DNA of 64,000 nt from a virus (IMGVR_UViG_3300032073_000007:32001-96000); one strand, 5' to 3'. Positions 32,554 through 40,283 are shown, counted from the first letter of the stretch. Numbers and translations: made by a program. Notes: generated from the sequence alone by a model not told the origin.

Positions 32554-33231
32554 TTAATTTAATTGGTTTTTTTCAATTTTATCTACTAAATAGCTGATAA
32601 TCTTATCTCTCATAACATCATCCTTCGTAAAATGTAGATGATGTATCCCATGACTTCTACTTTCTTCATCATCGAAGACCTTACAAAATTGTTGAAAGCC
32701 AGTAGACCTAATATCACTCTGCATAGTATCTCCACATATAAATAATGTAGAGTTCGCACTTATCCTAGTAATGACAGTTGTAAGTTCTTTTATCGTCATG
32801 TTTTGCGCTTCGTCAACGATAACGACCTTATTCCTCCATGTAGACCCACGAATAAAGTTAATCGGGGCCGCATCTATCGCATTCCTTTGTTGTAATTGTT
32901 GTTTTTCATGTGGACTTAAAAGTTCATCCAGTTTATCATCTAGGGGTCCAATATATGGATTGAATTTATCATCCATACTTCCTTTCAGAAAACCCATCCC
33001 CTTATCCGCACTCTCTGCCAAACTCCTCAAATAAAGAATATTAAGCAGATTGTCCTGATTGTGTTTGTATATAGCCGTATACACTGACAAAAATGTCTTT
33101 GCCGTCCCTGCTGGCCCACTTATAAATACTACCCTCGTATTGGGGTTCCTCATGATCTTATGAAATTGACTTTGTTTTTCTGTAAGTTCTATATGCCCCA
33201 ACAAAAAAGAGTTTTTATATTTATATGACAT
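32554..33231 (-). CDS. phoH: PhoH-family ATPase
   Basis: GPAGTAKT, GFLKGS, FIRGSTW, IVDEAQN, GDTMQSD, DDVMR. Confidence 0.92.
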   Translation of the reverse strand: MSYKYKNSFLLGHIELTEKQSQFHKIMRNPNTRVVFISGPAGTAKTFLSVYTAIYKHNQDNLLNILYLRSLAESADKGMGFLKGSMDDKFNPYIGPLDDKLDELLSPHEKQQLQQRNAIDAAPINFIRGSTWRNKVVIVDEAQNMTIKELTTVITRISANSTLFICGDTMQSDIRSTGFQQFCKVFDDEESRSHGIHHLHFTKDDVMRDKIISYLVDKIEKNQLN

Positions 33232-33243
33232 GTATGTTCTTTT

Positions 33244-33249
33244 TTACAC
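33244..33249 (-). promoter_or_regulatory. GTGTAA candidate late-promoter motif (other copies at 14032, 17876, 19310, 19320, 25639, 27609, 50771, 61338)
   Basis: Same hexamer lies 8-12 nt upstream of six late-gene start codons and further upstream of two more. Confidence 0.6.
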
Positions 33250-33424
33250 GAATAACTGAATGGTTGGTTACTTGTTTATAGAATTCACCACCCCCCCGCG
33301 CTGTGAGCGTCAAGTCATTTCTCAAAAATTCTCAAAAAACCCACCCCTACCTACCCGCCAAAAAAAAGAAAATAAAAGCATCTTTTCTCTTGCTTTCTAT
33401 CTGGATCTGTGCTATACTATGCCC

Positions 33425-33622
33425 ATGAAAGAAATTAAAACTTCCTTAGTCTCCGATCTTACATTCATTGAAATTGCTGATACTCTTCGGCCTGACCAAT
33501 GGGCTGATTGGTATGTAGAGTTTTCTTACAAGGGCAAAGACTACGAAGGGTCTTTACAGGCTGGAGTTCACAACGCAGAAGATTTTCATCACGATCTAAT
33601 CGAATACGTCGAAGAAAAATAA
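33425..33622 (+). CDS. Small early hypothetical protein
   Basis: ATG 6 nt after TTGCTT-17-TATACT; the provided ORF start at 33260 is probably too far upstream. Confidence 0.65.
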   Translation: MKEIKTSLVSDLTFIEIADTLRPDQWADWYVEFSYKGKDYEGSLQAGVHNAEDFHHDLIEYVEEK

Positions 33623-33680
33623 TTCAAAATAATAGCAGAAAAAGCTTTTTTAAAATCAATTTTTAATGTATAATTCCCAC

Positions 33681-33941
33681 ATGACAGAAAACAAAGAATA
33701 CTACCGCAGCGTAACTTGGGACGATGGTCGCACAGTTAAATTCAACGACGACTTCGAGGTCGAGGGCTTCACCAAGGTTACCGACATCTGGCCTTCCGAG
33801 AGTTCTGTAGCTAGGAACCTTGAACAGCGCAAGGCTTTGGGCGGTGGTAAGTCCTATGGCTACCGCTACAAGTCTATGCAAAGACAAGATTGGTATGTAG
33901 ACTTCGATGCAAAAGCTTTCTGGGCCGTTGATAATGTCTAA
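33681..33941 (+). CDS. Small early hypothetical protein
   Basis: ATG 6 nt after TATAAT. Confidence 0.7.
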   Translation: MTENKEYYRSVTWDDGRTVKFNDDFEVEGFTKVTDIWPSESSVARNLEQRKALGGGKSYGYRYKSMQRQDWYVDFDAKAFWAVDNV

Positions 33942-33960
33942 AAAAAAGAATAAAAAACCC

Positions 33961-33989
33961 TTGCACAGAATCAAAATCTAAGCTATACT
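33961..33989 (+). promoter_or_regulatory. Sigma70-type early promoter for a leaderless transcript (representative copy)
   Basis: TTGCAC-17-TATACT, ATG 6 nt downstream, A-tract upstream. Confidence 0.8.
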
Positions 33990-33995
33990 AAACCC

Positions 33996-34178
33996 ATGAC
34001 AGAGACAACCACTACCAAGACTGACCAAGATAAATTCTTTCAAGAGCGCAACGCAGCAACCGAAATGCGTGATGATCTTTTCTTCGTTGTAGGATGGCTT
34101 AAAGCTGACAATCCAGAGATCTCGAAAAGACTTGAAGACATTCTCAAAAACCACGACAGAAACAGAGTCGGCTGGTAA
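33996..34178 (+). CDS. Small early hypothetical protein
   Basis: 60-aa leaderless ORF. Confidence 0.7.
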   Translation: MTETTTTKTDQDKFFQERNAATEMRDDLFFVVGWLKADNPEISKRLEDILKNHDRNRVGW

Positions 34179-34219
34179 TTCACCCAAACCCAAAACCAAA
34201 CACTAACAAAAACAAAATC

Positions 34220-34555
34220 ATGAACCATCGTTTAAACTACCTCAAGAACTTCGTCACTATCGTAATGATCACCCACCTTGCCGTGCTTGCCGTCTTCGGC
34301 TTGTTGGCTTACTTCGTTGGCTTACCTCAAGCCATTGATAACATAGGAGGATGGTATGAGACCAAAGCAAACGGAGAGGTCTACTATCATGCCTATAACT
34401 TCCTGCACTTCATGGCTCTCACTTACCTTCCTGCTATGGTGCTAGCTCCTTGCATTACTGCCATCGACTGGATCAATGACGCACCCGCAAGACGCAAGCT
34501 CAAGCGCACACCTAACACAATCACAGGAAAAGAATTAGTTGATATAAAACTCTAA
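34220..34555 (+). CDS. Small membrane protein
   Basis: Two hydrophobic segments. Confidence 0.7.
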   Translation: MNHRLNYLKNFVTIVMITHLAVLAVFGLLAYFVGLPQAIDNIGGWYETKANGEVYYHAYNFLHFMALTYLPAMVLAPCITAIDWINDAPARRKLKRTPNTITGKELVDIKL

Positions 34556-34597
34556 AATAATCCTTGCAATAATCTCAAACTAAACTATACTAACATC

Positions 34598-34939
34598 ATG
34601 ACCGTTAAAAAACCCGCATTCATCTATTCCGTAATCGTTAAAGCCCTCAAGGATTGTCGCTTGAGGGAAGACCACGCTCAAGTAGAAGAGCCATCCATTG
34701 ATAACTATACTGGAGCTGTAATCATTGACATGTGCAGGGCAGCAGTTAATCATAACCGCGACCTCCGTGACTTTCGCACAGTGTGCGAGGAAACACTGAA
34801 GGTAATCCTCCGCTTGCGTAGGGATTCAATACCAATGATCGGCCCGACTTGTCACAATGATCTCGTCAAGGAAGGTCTTATGGTTGAGGGCGAAGATCTG
34901 GCCACGAATAACATGAATGAAAAACTCTCGGTAGGGTAA
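34598..34939 (+). CDS. Early hypothetical protein
   Basis: TTGCAA-16-TATACT-6-ATG. Confidence 0.7.
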   Translation: MTVKKPAFIYSVIVKALKDCRLREDHAQVEEPSIDNYTGAVIIDMCRAAVNHNRDLRDFRTVCEETLKVILRLRRDSIPMIGPTCHNDLVKEGLMVEGEDLATNNMNEKLSVG

Positions 34940-34955
34940 CCTGCCACTGTCATGG

Positions 34956-34990
34956 AGCCTCGTCACCCCAACGGGTGGCGAGGTTTTTTC
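34956..34990 (+). terminator. Rho-independent terminator
   Basis: AGCCTCGTCACCC-CAAC-GGGTGGCGAGGTT followed by a T tract. Confidence 0.8.
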
Positions 34991-35020
34991 TTGTAAAAAA
35001 ACAAATAAAAAGCTTGACAG

Positions 35021-35099
35021 CGTAACTCACTGATACTCAACGAGTTACGCGCGGCGGCCCGCCCCCGCCCCGTAACTCCTTGATAACCAACGACTTACG
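35021..35099. repeat. 79-bp double-palindrome element, copy 1 (orientation A)
   Basis: 29-bp palindrome + 21-bp GC-rich spacer + 29-bp palindrome. Confidence 0.95.
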
Positions 35100-35247
35100 A
35101 AGATTCCTCATGTATCATACTTTCAGATCAACGCAAGCATTTAAATGAAAAAAATTAACCTGTCTGACAACTTAAAAAAAAATCATTTTAAAGGTAAAAA
35201 AAGCTTTTAATTCATACGGATCTGTGCTATACTTCTCCCAGCAAGAA

Positions 35248-35361
35248 AGCTCTATAGTTTAAAAAGTAAAACATTCTCCGCGACCGCTTCAACAATAAGT
35301 CACCGCAACCCCAATGGTTCGGGCGAGAAAGATAAAGGTGCAAGTCCTTTTAGAGCGACCA
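35248..35361 (+). ncRNA. tRNA-like RNA with a 39-nt insert in the anticodon arm (possibly Pro-CGG derived)
   Basis: GCTCTA/TAGAGC acceptor stem + ACCA; D stem GTTT/AAAC; TTCTC/GAGAA anticodon stem; T arm AAAGG-TGCAAGT-CCTTT; TATACT at 35228. Confidence 0.7.
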
Positions 35362-35423
35362 ATTTCCCTAAAAAAACAAAATAAAAGTTTGCACTATCTC
35401 AAAAACTAAAGTAGATTCTACTC

Positions 35424-35612
35424 ATGACAGAAAAAGAACAAATCGAACACCTCAAAGATCAAATCTTCAAACTTCAAATGGTAATGAAGGGAGTTTCAGG
35501 CATCGCAGCAGCAAGGTCTTCATTCAAAGAGACTTCTGCCTTTAACAAGGAGACCTTCAAAAGAATCGAGAGCCAACTTGATGAAGCAGTCAAGGAAGTT
35601 CAGTTAGGGTAG
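35424..35612 (+). CDS. Small coiled-coil early protein; last codon and stop overlap the mini-tmRNA
   Basis: TTGCAC-17-TAGATT-6-ATG. Confidence 0.7.
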   Translation: MTEKEQIEHLKDQIFKLQMVMKGVSGIAAARSSFKETSAFNKETFKRIESQLDEAVKEVQLG

Positions 35613-35671
35613 CAAGGGTTTCGACGGGACGCAAGTCGCGGATGGGGGTTCGACTCCCCCGCTATCCACCA
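35607..35671 (+). ncRNA. Minimal tmRNA-like RNA (tRNA-like domain only, no tag ORF)
   Basis: Acceptor GGGTAGC/GCTATCC with G3.U70 and ACCA; GGTTTCGAC D-loop without a D stem; short P2 capped by GCAA; T arm GGGGG-TTCGACT-CCCCC. Confidence 0.8.
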
Positions 35672-35739
35672 AAAAAAAATCAAAATAAATACAAAAAAAG
35701 CTTTTTACTCACTCAAATCTCTGTTATAATTCTCTCGTT

Positions 35740-36075
35740 ATGAAAAACACCACTACCACTACCACCACCCGCTTCGATCACTCTCTCTATGGACTCAGTG
35801 ATCAAGACCTCAAGAAAAAGCTCACCAATCGCGTTGTTATCTACTGGAACAGCGAAGAATCCTCCGTCAAGAATGATGGTGTCCGTCAGTTCGTGGTCAA
35901 GTCAATCGACTACACTGGTCACGCCAAGGGTTCGGGTCGCCGTTACATCCAAGGGGAGTTCCAAGACCTCGACGATGGAGGCAAGACCAAGTTCCGCACT
36001 CTCCACGTTGCGGGAATCGAAAAGGTGAAGGGTCGCGTGGCGACCGCTTACAAGCTAGCCAAATCAGTTTTTTAA
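35740..36075 (+). CDS. Stand-alone WYL/SH3-like domain protein (paralogue of 37202-37480)
   Basis: LT..V.Y...SSV..D..R.F.V.S ... G..Y ... DGGK.K.R.L.V..I pattern shared with the paralogue. Confidence 0.55.
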   Translation: MKNTTTTTTTRFDHSLYGLSDQDLKKKLTNRVVIYWNSEESSVKNDGVRQFVVKSIDYTGHAKGSGRRYIQGEFQDLDDGGKTKFRTLHVAGIEKVKGRVATAYKLAKSVF

Positions 36076-36089
36076 GTGCATAGCGTGTT

Positions 36090-36126
36090 GCCCGTCAGTC
36101 TCTTCGGAGGCTGGCGGGTTTTTTTT
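36090..36126 (+). terminator. Rho-independent terminator
   Basis: GCCCGTCAGTCTC-TTCG-GAGGCTGGCGGGT followed by a T tract. Confidence 0.85.
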
Positions 36127-36155
36127 GCATTAAATTGTTTTTTGGCCTTGACAGC

Positions 36156-36234
36156 CGTAACTCCTTCATACTCAGTGAGTTACGCGCTGCGGCCAGCCCG
36201 CCCTGCGTAACTCCTTGATACTCAACGAGTTACG
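36156..36234. repeat. 79-bp double-palindrome element, copy 2 (orientation A)
   Basis: Same 29+21+29 architecture. Confidence 0.95.
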
Positions 36235-36375
36235 TCACCTTACAAAATATGCAGTGTGATGCCCTGTCAAGTAAATATTTAGCTATTTGTTATTTGTTGT
36301 TCTAACCTGTAACCTAAGACAAAAAAAAGATAAAAAAACATTTGCACTCCTGCGATCTTCTGGTAGGTTACTCGC

Positions 36376-36612
36376 ATGACAGTTCAAAACCCTATTGGCC
36401 AACTCGCCCCGATGACAGAATCTGACCTGCGCGATATGCTCAGTGATGGGCCTCGCTGCGGGAACTGGAACCCTACGCCCGATGAGGTGCAGGAGGTTCT
36501 CGCTGAGATCCACTCTGATCTCGGTGATCGCGATCCTCAGTGGTCTACTGATCAGGACGGATTGGACCCCTCAGACGCTCAAGCCCTCCAGTCTTACCTC
36601 GACGCTGAATAA
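36376..36612 (+). CDS. Small acidic early protein
   Basis: TTGCAC...TGGTAGGTT-6-ATG; 78 aa, Asp/Glu-rich. Confidence 0.7.
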   Translation: MTVQNPIGQLAPMTESDLRDMLSDGPRCGNWNPTPDEVQEVLAEIHSDLGDRDPQWSTDQDGLDPSDAQALQSYLDAE

Positions 36613-36638
36613 TCAAAAGAGACAAGACTCTCTTCAAG

Positions 36639-36664
36639 GCTCCCGAAAGGGAGCTTTTTTTTTG
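36639..36664 (+). terminator. Rho-independent terminator
   Basis: GCTCCC-GAAA-GGGAGC followed by a T tract. Confidence 0.8.
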
Positions 36665-36719
36665 TGCTTTTATGTAAAAAAAAGATTGCCAAAAGCAAAT
36701 TATCTGTTACACTACTCTC

Positions 36720-36938
36720 ATGTATACGTTCAGCTACTACATCGTCGCCAGCACAGGAGTTTACACAGGAGTCGCGATGTCGCGTTCTCCCAAGAAGGCT
36801 TCTGAAGAAGCCTCGCGGATCGCTTGGGAAAATCTCTACGAGGGGGATGCCAAAGCTGAATACTGTTCGGGCATCTCCGTGGAGGGGTGGACAGCGTGGC
36901 GAGGTCATAAAAAAATCGCGGAATACATGGACATCTAA
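36720..36938 (+). CDS. Small early hypothetical protein
   Basis: TTGCCA-16-TACACT-6-ATG; stop codon lies inside repeat copy 3. Confidence 0.65.
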   Translation: MYTFSYYIVASTGVYTGVAMSRSPKKASEEASRIAWENLYEGDAKAEYCSGISVEGWTAWRGHKKIAEYMDI

Positions 36939-37012
36939 CTCCTTGATAATCAGGGAGTTACGGGGCGGGGGTAGGCCGCAGCGCGTAACTCATTGATATA
37001 CAACGAGTTACG
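36934..37012. repeat. 79-bp double-palindrome element, copy 3 (spacer inverted, orientation B)
   Basis: Spacer GGGCGGGGGTAGGCCGCAGCG resembles the reverse complement of the A-type spacers. Confidence 0.95.
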
Positions 37013-37201
37013 ACTGAAAAAAAATGAATTTAAATGCAGAAATCGCTTGCATATCTGGTGATATTTGGTAAACTATTTGCATCGAAGCTATTTAACCTAT
37101 GCTTCTCTAACCTACAACAAAAACAGACCATGCTCAGAAAAAAATTAAAATTCAGCAAAAAACCTCTTGCACTCACTCAAAATCCTGTTATACTTATCCC
37201 A

Positions 37202-37480
37202 ATGCAAACAAACACCATTACTGCCAACCTCACCCTTCCTACTAACCCTGTGCAACTTGCTTCTGCTCTTACTGGCAAGACAGTTCACTATACAACTAAA
37301 AAAGATTCTTCTGTTACCTTCGACAGAGAAAGGGTCTTCAAGGTTGAATCCGTAGAGGACGTTTCAATCTCTCAATCAACGGGAGATCAATATGTAAATG
37401 TCAAGATCATTGACCCTCAAGATGGTGGTAAGGAGAAATACAGAAACCTCATTGTAGATAGAATTTCGACTGTTGTGTAG
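37202..37480 (+). CDS. Stand-alone WYL/SH3-like domain protein
   Basis: TTGCAC-16-TATACT-7-ATG; C-terminal KYRNLIVDRISTV resembles the WYL R.F..DRI motif. Confidence 0.55.
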   Translation: MQTNTITANLTLPTNPVQLASALTGKTVHYTTKKDSSVTFDRERVFKVESVEDVSISQSTGDQYVNVKIIDPQDGGKEKYRNLIVDRISTVV

Positions 37481-37494
37481 GTGTGTAAACGCAT

Positions 37495-37540
37495 AAGGGG
37501 TGGTAGGTGTGTGTGTGTCTTAAGTCCTGCCACCCCTTTC
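37495..37540 (+). terminator. Hairpin, probable terminator
   Basis: AAGGGGTGGTAGG ... CCTGCCACCCCTT. Confidence 0.5.
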
Positions 37541-37588
37541 TACAACAAAAAATTTGACAAACAACAAACAATAGAATAAATTAGCATC

Positions 37589-37810
37589 ATGCCTAAATCA
37601 TCAGAAACACTTCGTATCGAAGTCAAAACACAGGAACAAGCCGCCATTCTTAACTATGCTCTTGGCTTGGTTCATCAGCACCTCGCAAGTCGTCTTGAGG
37701 AGGTAGAAGATAATAAACTTGATACCTTCTTAGATAATGTTAAGTGGACTCGCAAACACGCAAAGTCTCTTAATGACAAGTTTTCTCTTAGTGAGTTACA
37801 GAATTCCTAG
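37589..37810 (+). CDS. Small early hypothetical protein
   Basis: TTGACA-17-TAAATT-6-ATG. Confidence 0.7.
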   Translation: MPKSSETLRIEVKTQEQAAILNYALGLVHQHLASRLEEVEDNKLDTFLDNVKWTRKHAKSLNDKFSLSELQNS

Positions 37811-37970
37811 GAGTTGAATTGGACCACAGAGAAATCATGGTTCATCTAGAAACTCCGAAGAACAGGTGGTAACAGTGACCAACTCTTAATTGACTGGCAC
37901 TCGTCAACAAGCCGACCCTCTCTCACTCTTCTAGACAGTGAGGGAGGGAACCACTTTCTTGCTAGATGGG
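37810..37970 (+). ncRNA. Candidate structured non-coding RNA
   Basis: Nested complementary segments in an ORF-free gap, followed by a terminator. Confidence 0.4.
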
Positions 37971-37973
37971 GTA

Positions 37974-38015
37974 AGTCCCGTCCTCCTTCGTCACTGGGGG
38001 GCGGGGCTTTTCTTT
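37974..38015 (+). terminator. Rho-independent terminator
   Basis: AGTCCCGTCCTCC...GGGGGGCGGGGCT followed by TTTCTTT. Confidence 0.65.
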
Positions 38016-38088
<73 letters not shown>

Positions 38089-38167
38089 CCTAACTCCTTA
38101 ATACTCAGGGACTTACGCGCTGCGGGCGGCCCCCGCCCCGTAAGTCGTTGATACTCAACGACTTACG
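38089..38167. repeat. 79-bp double-palindrome element, copy 4 (orientation A)
   Basis: Begins immediately after the tRNA discriminator base. Confidence 0.95.
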
Positions 38168-38270
38168 CAGGAAAAAGAAACACATGTTTTTAAGTCTGTC
38201 AAGCAGAAAAAAATAAAAGAAAAAGCTAAAAAAGGGTTGCATCAAATCAATTATGTGGTAAACTTCTTGC

Positions 38271-39029
38271 ATGTTGATACTAGCTAAAAACAAAGTCGAT
38301 TCCGAGCAACTTGCAGAAGTCATCACTCCTGCCGCTACGGATACCCACACTCCAATCGGTCACGCACTCCTTGCGGAGCGCACTCGCAATGTCATCGCGA
38401 AGGCTGGTCTTGAGATCACTCAAGAAGAACACGCCATCGCGCGTGGCGGTCTCCGCTACTTCGGCGGCTTCGCCCTCAAGGGCGAGGCAATCGACGGGGA
38501 TGATCGCAAGCTTGTGCTTGGTCTCCGCAACGCGCACGACAAGTCCTTTGCGGCTTCCGTGTGCATCGGCAACCAGATGATGGTCTGCGAAAATCTTTGC
38601 TTCTCTTCTGATGTGAAGCTCGCTCGCCGTCACACCGTCAACATCCTTCGGGATCTGAACACGGTCCTTTCGTCTGCCGTCAGTCGCGTTACCTCGCACT
38701 GGGCTGACATGGGCAATCGGATTGCCTCCTACAAGGAGAGTGAAATCTCTAAGGAGGCGGCTTCCGACTTGGTTGTCGATCTTGCCGAGATGGGTGCGTT
38801 TCCTGCGCGTTCCGTCTACAAGGCGATTCAGGAGTTCCGCAACCCTCGCCATGAGGAGTTCAAAGGTGGGACGCTCTGGACGCTCTACAACGGCGTGACT
38901 GAGCATCTCAAGGGTGGCGACCTTACCAAGTTGCCACAGCGCACGATGACCACGCAGTCTGTCTTTGACAGGCTCGCGGGCCACAAGCCCAAGATCGTCG
39001 AGGCCGAAGAGATTGCCTTGCCCGCATAG
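38271..39029 (+). CDS. DUF932-family protein
   Basis: LGLRNAHDKS...MVCENLCF...GTLWTLYNGVTE motifs; leaderless promoter TTGCAT-16-TAAACT. Confidence 0.75.
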   Translation: MLILAKNKVDSEQLAEVITPAATDTHTPIGHALLAERTRNVIAKAGLEITQEEHAIARGGLRYFGGFALKGEAIDGDDRKLVLGLRNAHDKSFAASVCIGNQMMVCENLCFSSDVKLARRHTVNILRDLNTVLSSAVSRVTSHWADMGNRIASYKESEISKEAASDLVVDLAEMGAFPARSVYKAIQEFRNPRHEEFKGGTLWTLYNGVTEHLKGGDLTKLPQRTMTTQSVFDRLAGHKPKIVEAEEIALPA

Positions 39030-39048
39030 CCCTGCCGCTACCATCACA

Positions 39049-39080
39049 GGCCCGCATTCCGAAAGGGGTGCGGGCTTTTG
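39049..39080 (+). terminator. Rho-independent terminator
   Basis: GGCCCGCATTCC-GAAA-GGGGTGCGGGCT-TTT. Confidence 0.8.
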
Positions 39081-39126
39081 CTTGCAAAAATAAAATGTTT
39101 TTTTAGTTGACACGGTATTCAAGCCT

Positions 39127-39205
39127 CATAACTCGTTGAATATCAACGAGTTACGGGGCGGGGGCCGCCCGCGCAGCGTAACTGCTTGATACTCAAGGAC
39201 TTACG
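39127..39205. repeat. 79-bp double-palindrome element, copy 5 (orientation B)
   Basis: Same architecture with an inverted spacer. Confidence 0.95.
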
Positions 39206-39264
39206 ACTGAATTTTAATTCTTTTTTAATTTGACAGTTTTTTTTCTTTGGGGTATATTTTTGCC

Positions 39265-39471
39265 ATGACTAAGACATATAATATTTCTCGACGAGGATCG
39301 CGCACAAACCCACATGACCTACCTTTTGATTTTGTATTTGAGTGGTTTAATGGGACAGAAGAAATAGGTATTTTCTGCTCATTACACGCAGCGATCACGC
39401 TTGCAGAAGAATTTGAAAAGTTCGGTTATAAAGAGTTGGAGGGCAGCATTCAATTTACCTCTGCAATTTAA
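39265..39471 (+). CDS. Small early hypothetical protein
   Basis: TTGACA-17-TATATT-6-ATG. Confidence 0.65.
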   Translation: MTKTYNISRRGSRTNPHDLPFDFVFEWFNGTEEIGIFCSLHAAITLAEEFEKFGYKELEGSIQFTSAI

Positions 39472-39516
39472 ATTAATTTTAATTGACAAACTAGAAAACT
39501 CTGTTACATTACCCAC

Positions 39517-40203
39517 ATGGCAAAACTACTTAACGATGGAAATTCCAAAACAAGCAAGGGAGAAAAGTATGGTTGGAAAACCTATGGAATACACCTTGCC
39601 CCATATAACCTATCAGGAAAAAATGTTTGTGCTTCTGCTTCTGCTGGTTGCGCTGCTGCTTGTCTCAATACTGCTGGTCGTGGATCAATGAATTCAGTTC
39701 AAAATGCCCGAGTTAAAAAAACACAGAGGTTTCATGAGGATCGGGATGGATTCCTATCGCAGTTATTCAAAGAAATTAAAAGCTCGATTAAAAGCGCTAC
39801 GAGAAAAGAACTAAAGAGTTGCTTCCGTTTAAATCTTACAAGTGACATCCTTTGGGAGCGATTTGTTGTTGGACATTTTCCAGATACTCAATTTTACGAC
39901 TATACTAAACACCTAAATAGATTCGTTCGTTTCTTGGAGGGCAAACTACCAAGCAATTATCATCTCACTTTTTCAAGGAAAGAGAATACTCCTGACACTT
40001 TGGTAAAGAGCTTGTGTGCAAGTGGTGGCAATGTTTCAGTTGTGTTTAGGAAAAAGTTACCTAAAACGTGGCTTGGAATAGAAGTAATTGATGGCGACGA
40101 TTCCGATCTGCGTTTTGAAGATGGCAATGGCAAGATTGTCGGTCTAGTAGCAAAAGGCAAAGGAAAGAAAGACGAAACAGGTTTTGTTGTGGAGCCAGAA
40201 TAA
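39517..40203 (+). CDS. GP88-family phage protein
   Basis: CASASAGCAAACLNTAGRG, FRLNLTSD, FYDYTK, NYHLTFS, DGDDSDLRF, IVGLVAKG. Confidence 0.75.
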   Translation: MAKLLNDGNSKTSKGEKYGWKTYGIHLAPYNLSGKNVCASASAGCAAACLNTAGRGSMNSVQNARVKKTQRFHEDRDGFLSQLFKEIKSSIKSATRKELKSCFRLNLTSDILWERFVVGHFPDTQFYDYTKHLNRFVRFLEGKLPSNYHLTFSRKENTPDTLVKSLCASGGNVSVVFRKKLPKTWLGIEVIDGDDSDLRFEDGNGKIVGLVAKGKGKKDETGFVVEPE

Positions 40204-40283
40204 AGATCCCCTGCAAAAAAAATGCAGGAAAATCAAATAATTTTTATAGTAATAGTAACAGCAATAATAACAATATACTTTTC

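Noticed and set aside
35607-35671. Ordinary tRNA-Ala or permuted two-piece tmRNA
   Set aside because: There is no D stem or 7-nt anticodon loop, and the 5' and 3' acceptor strands are in normal order joined by a tetraloop hairpin.
36664-36996. ORFs ending in LRGGGRPQRV (also 38105-38350)
   Set aside because: The similarity comes from translating the 79-bp repeat, not from a protein family.
38280-39122. 280-aa antisense ORF
   Set aside because: Shadow of the GC-rich DUF932 gene with no recognisable motifs.
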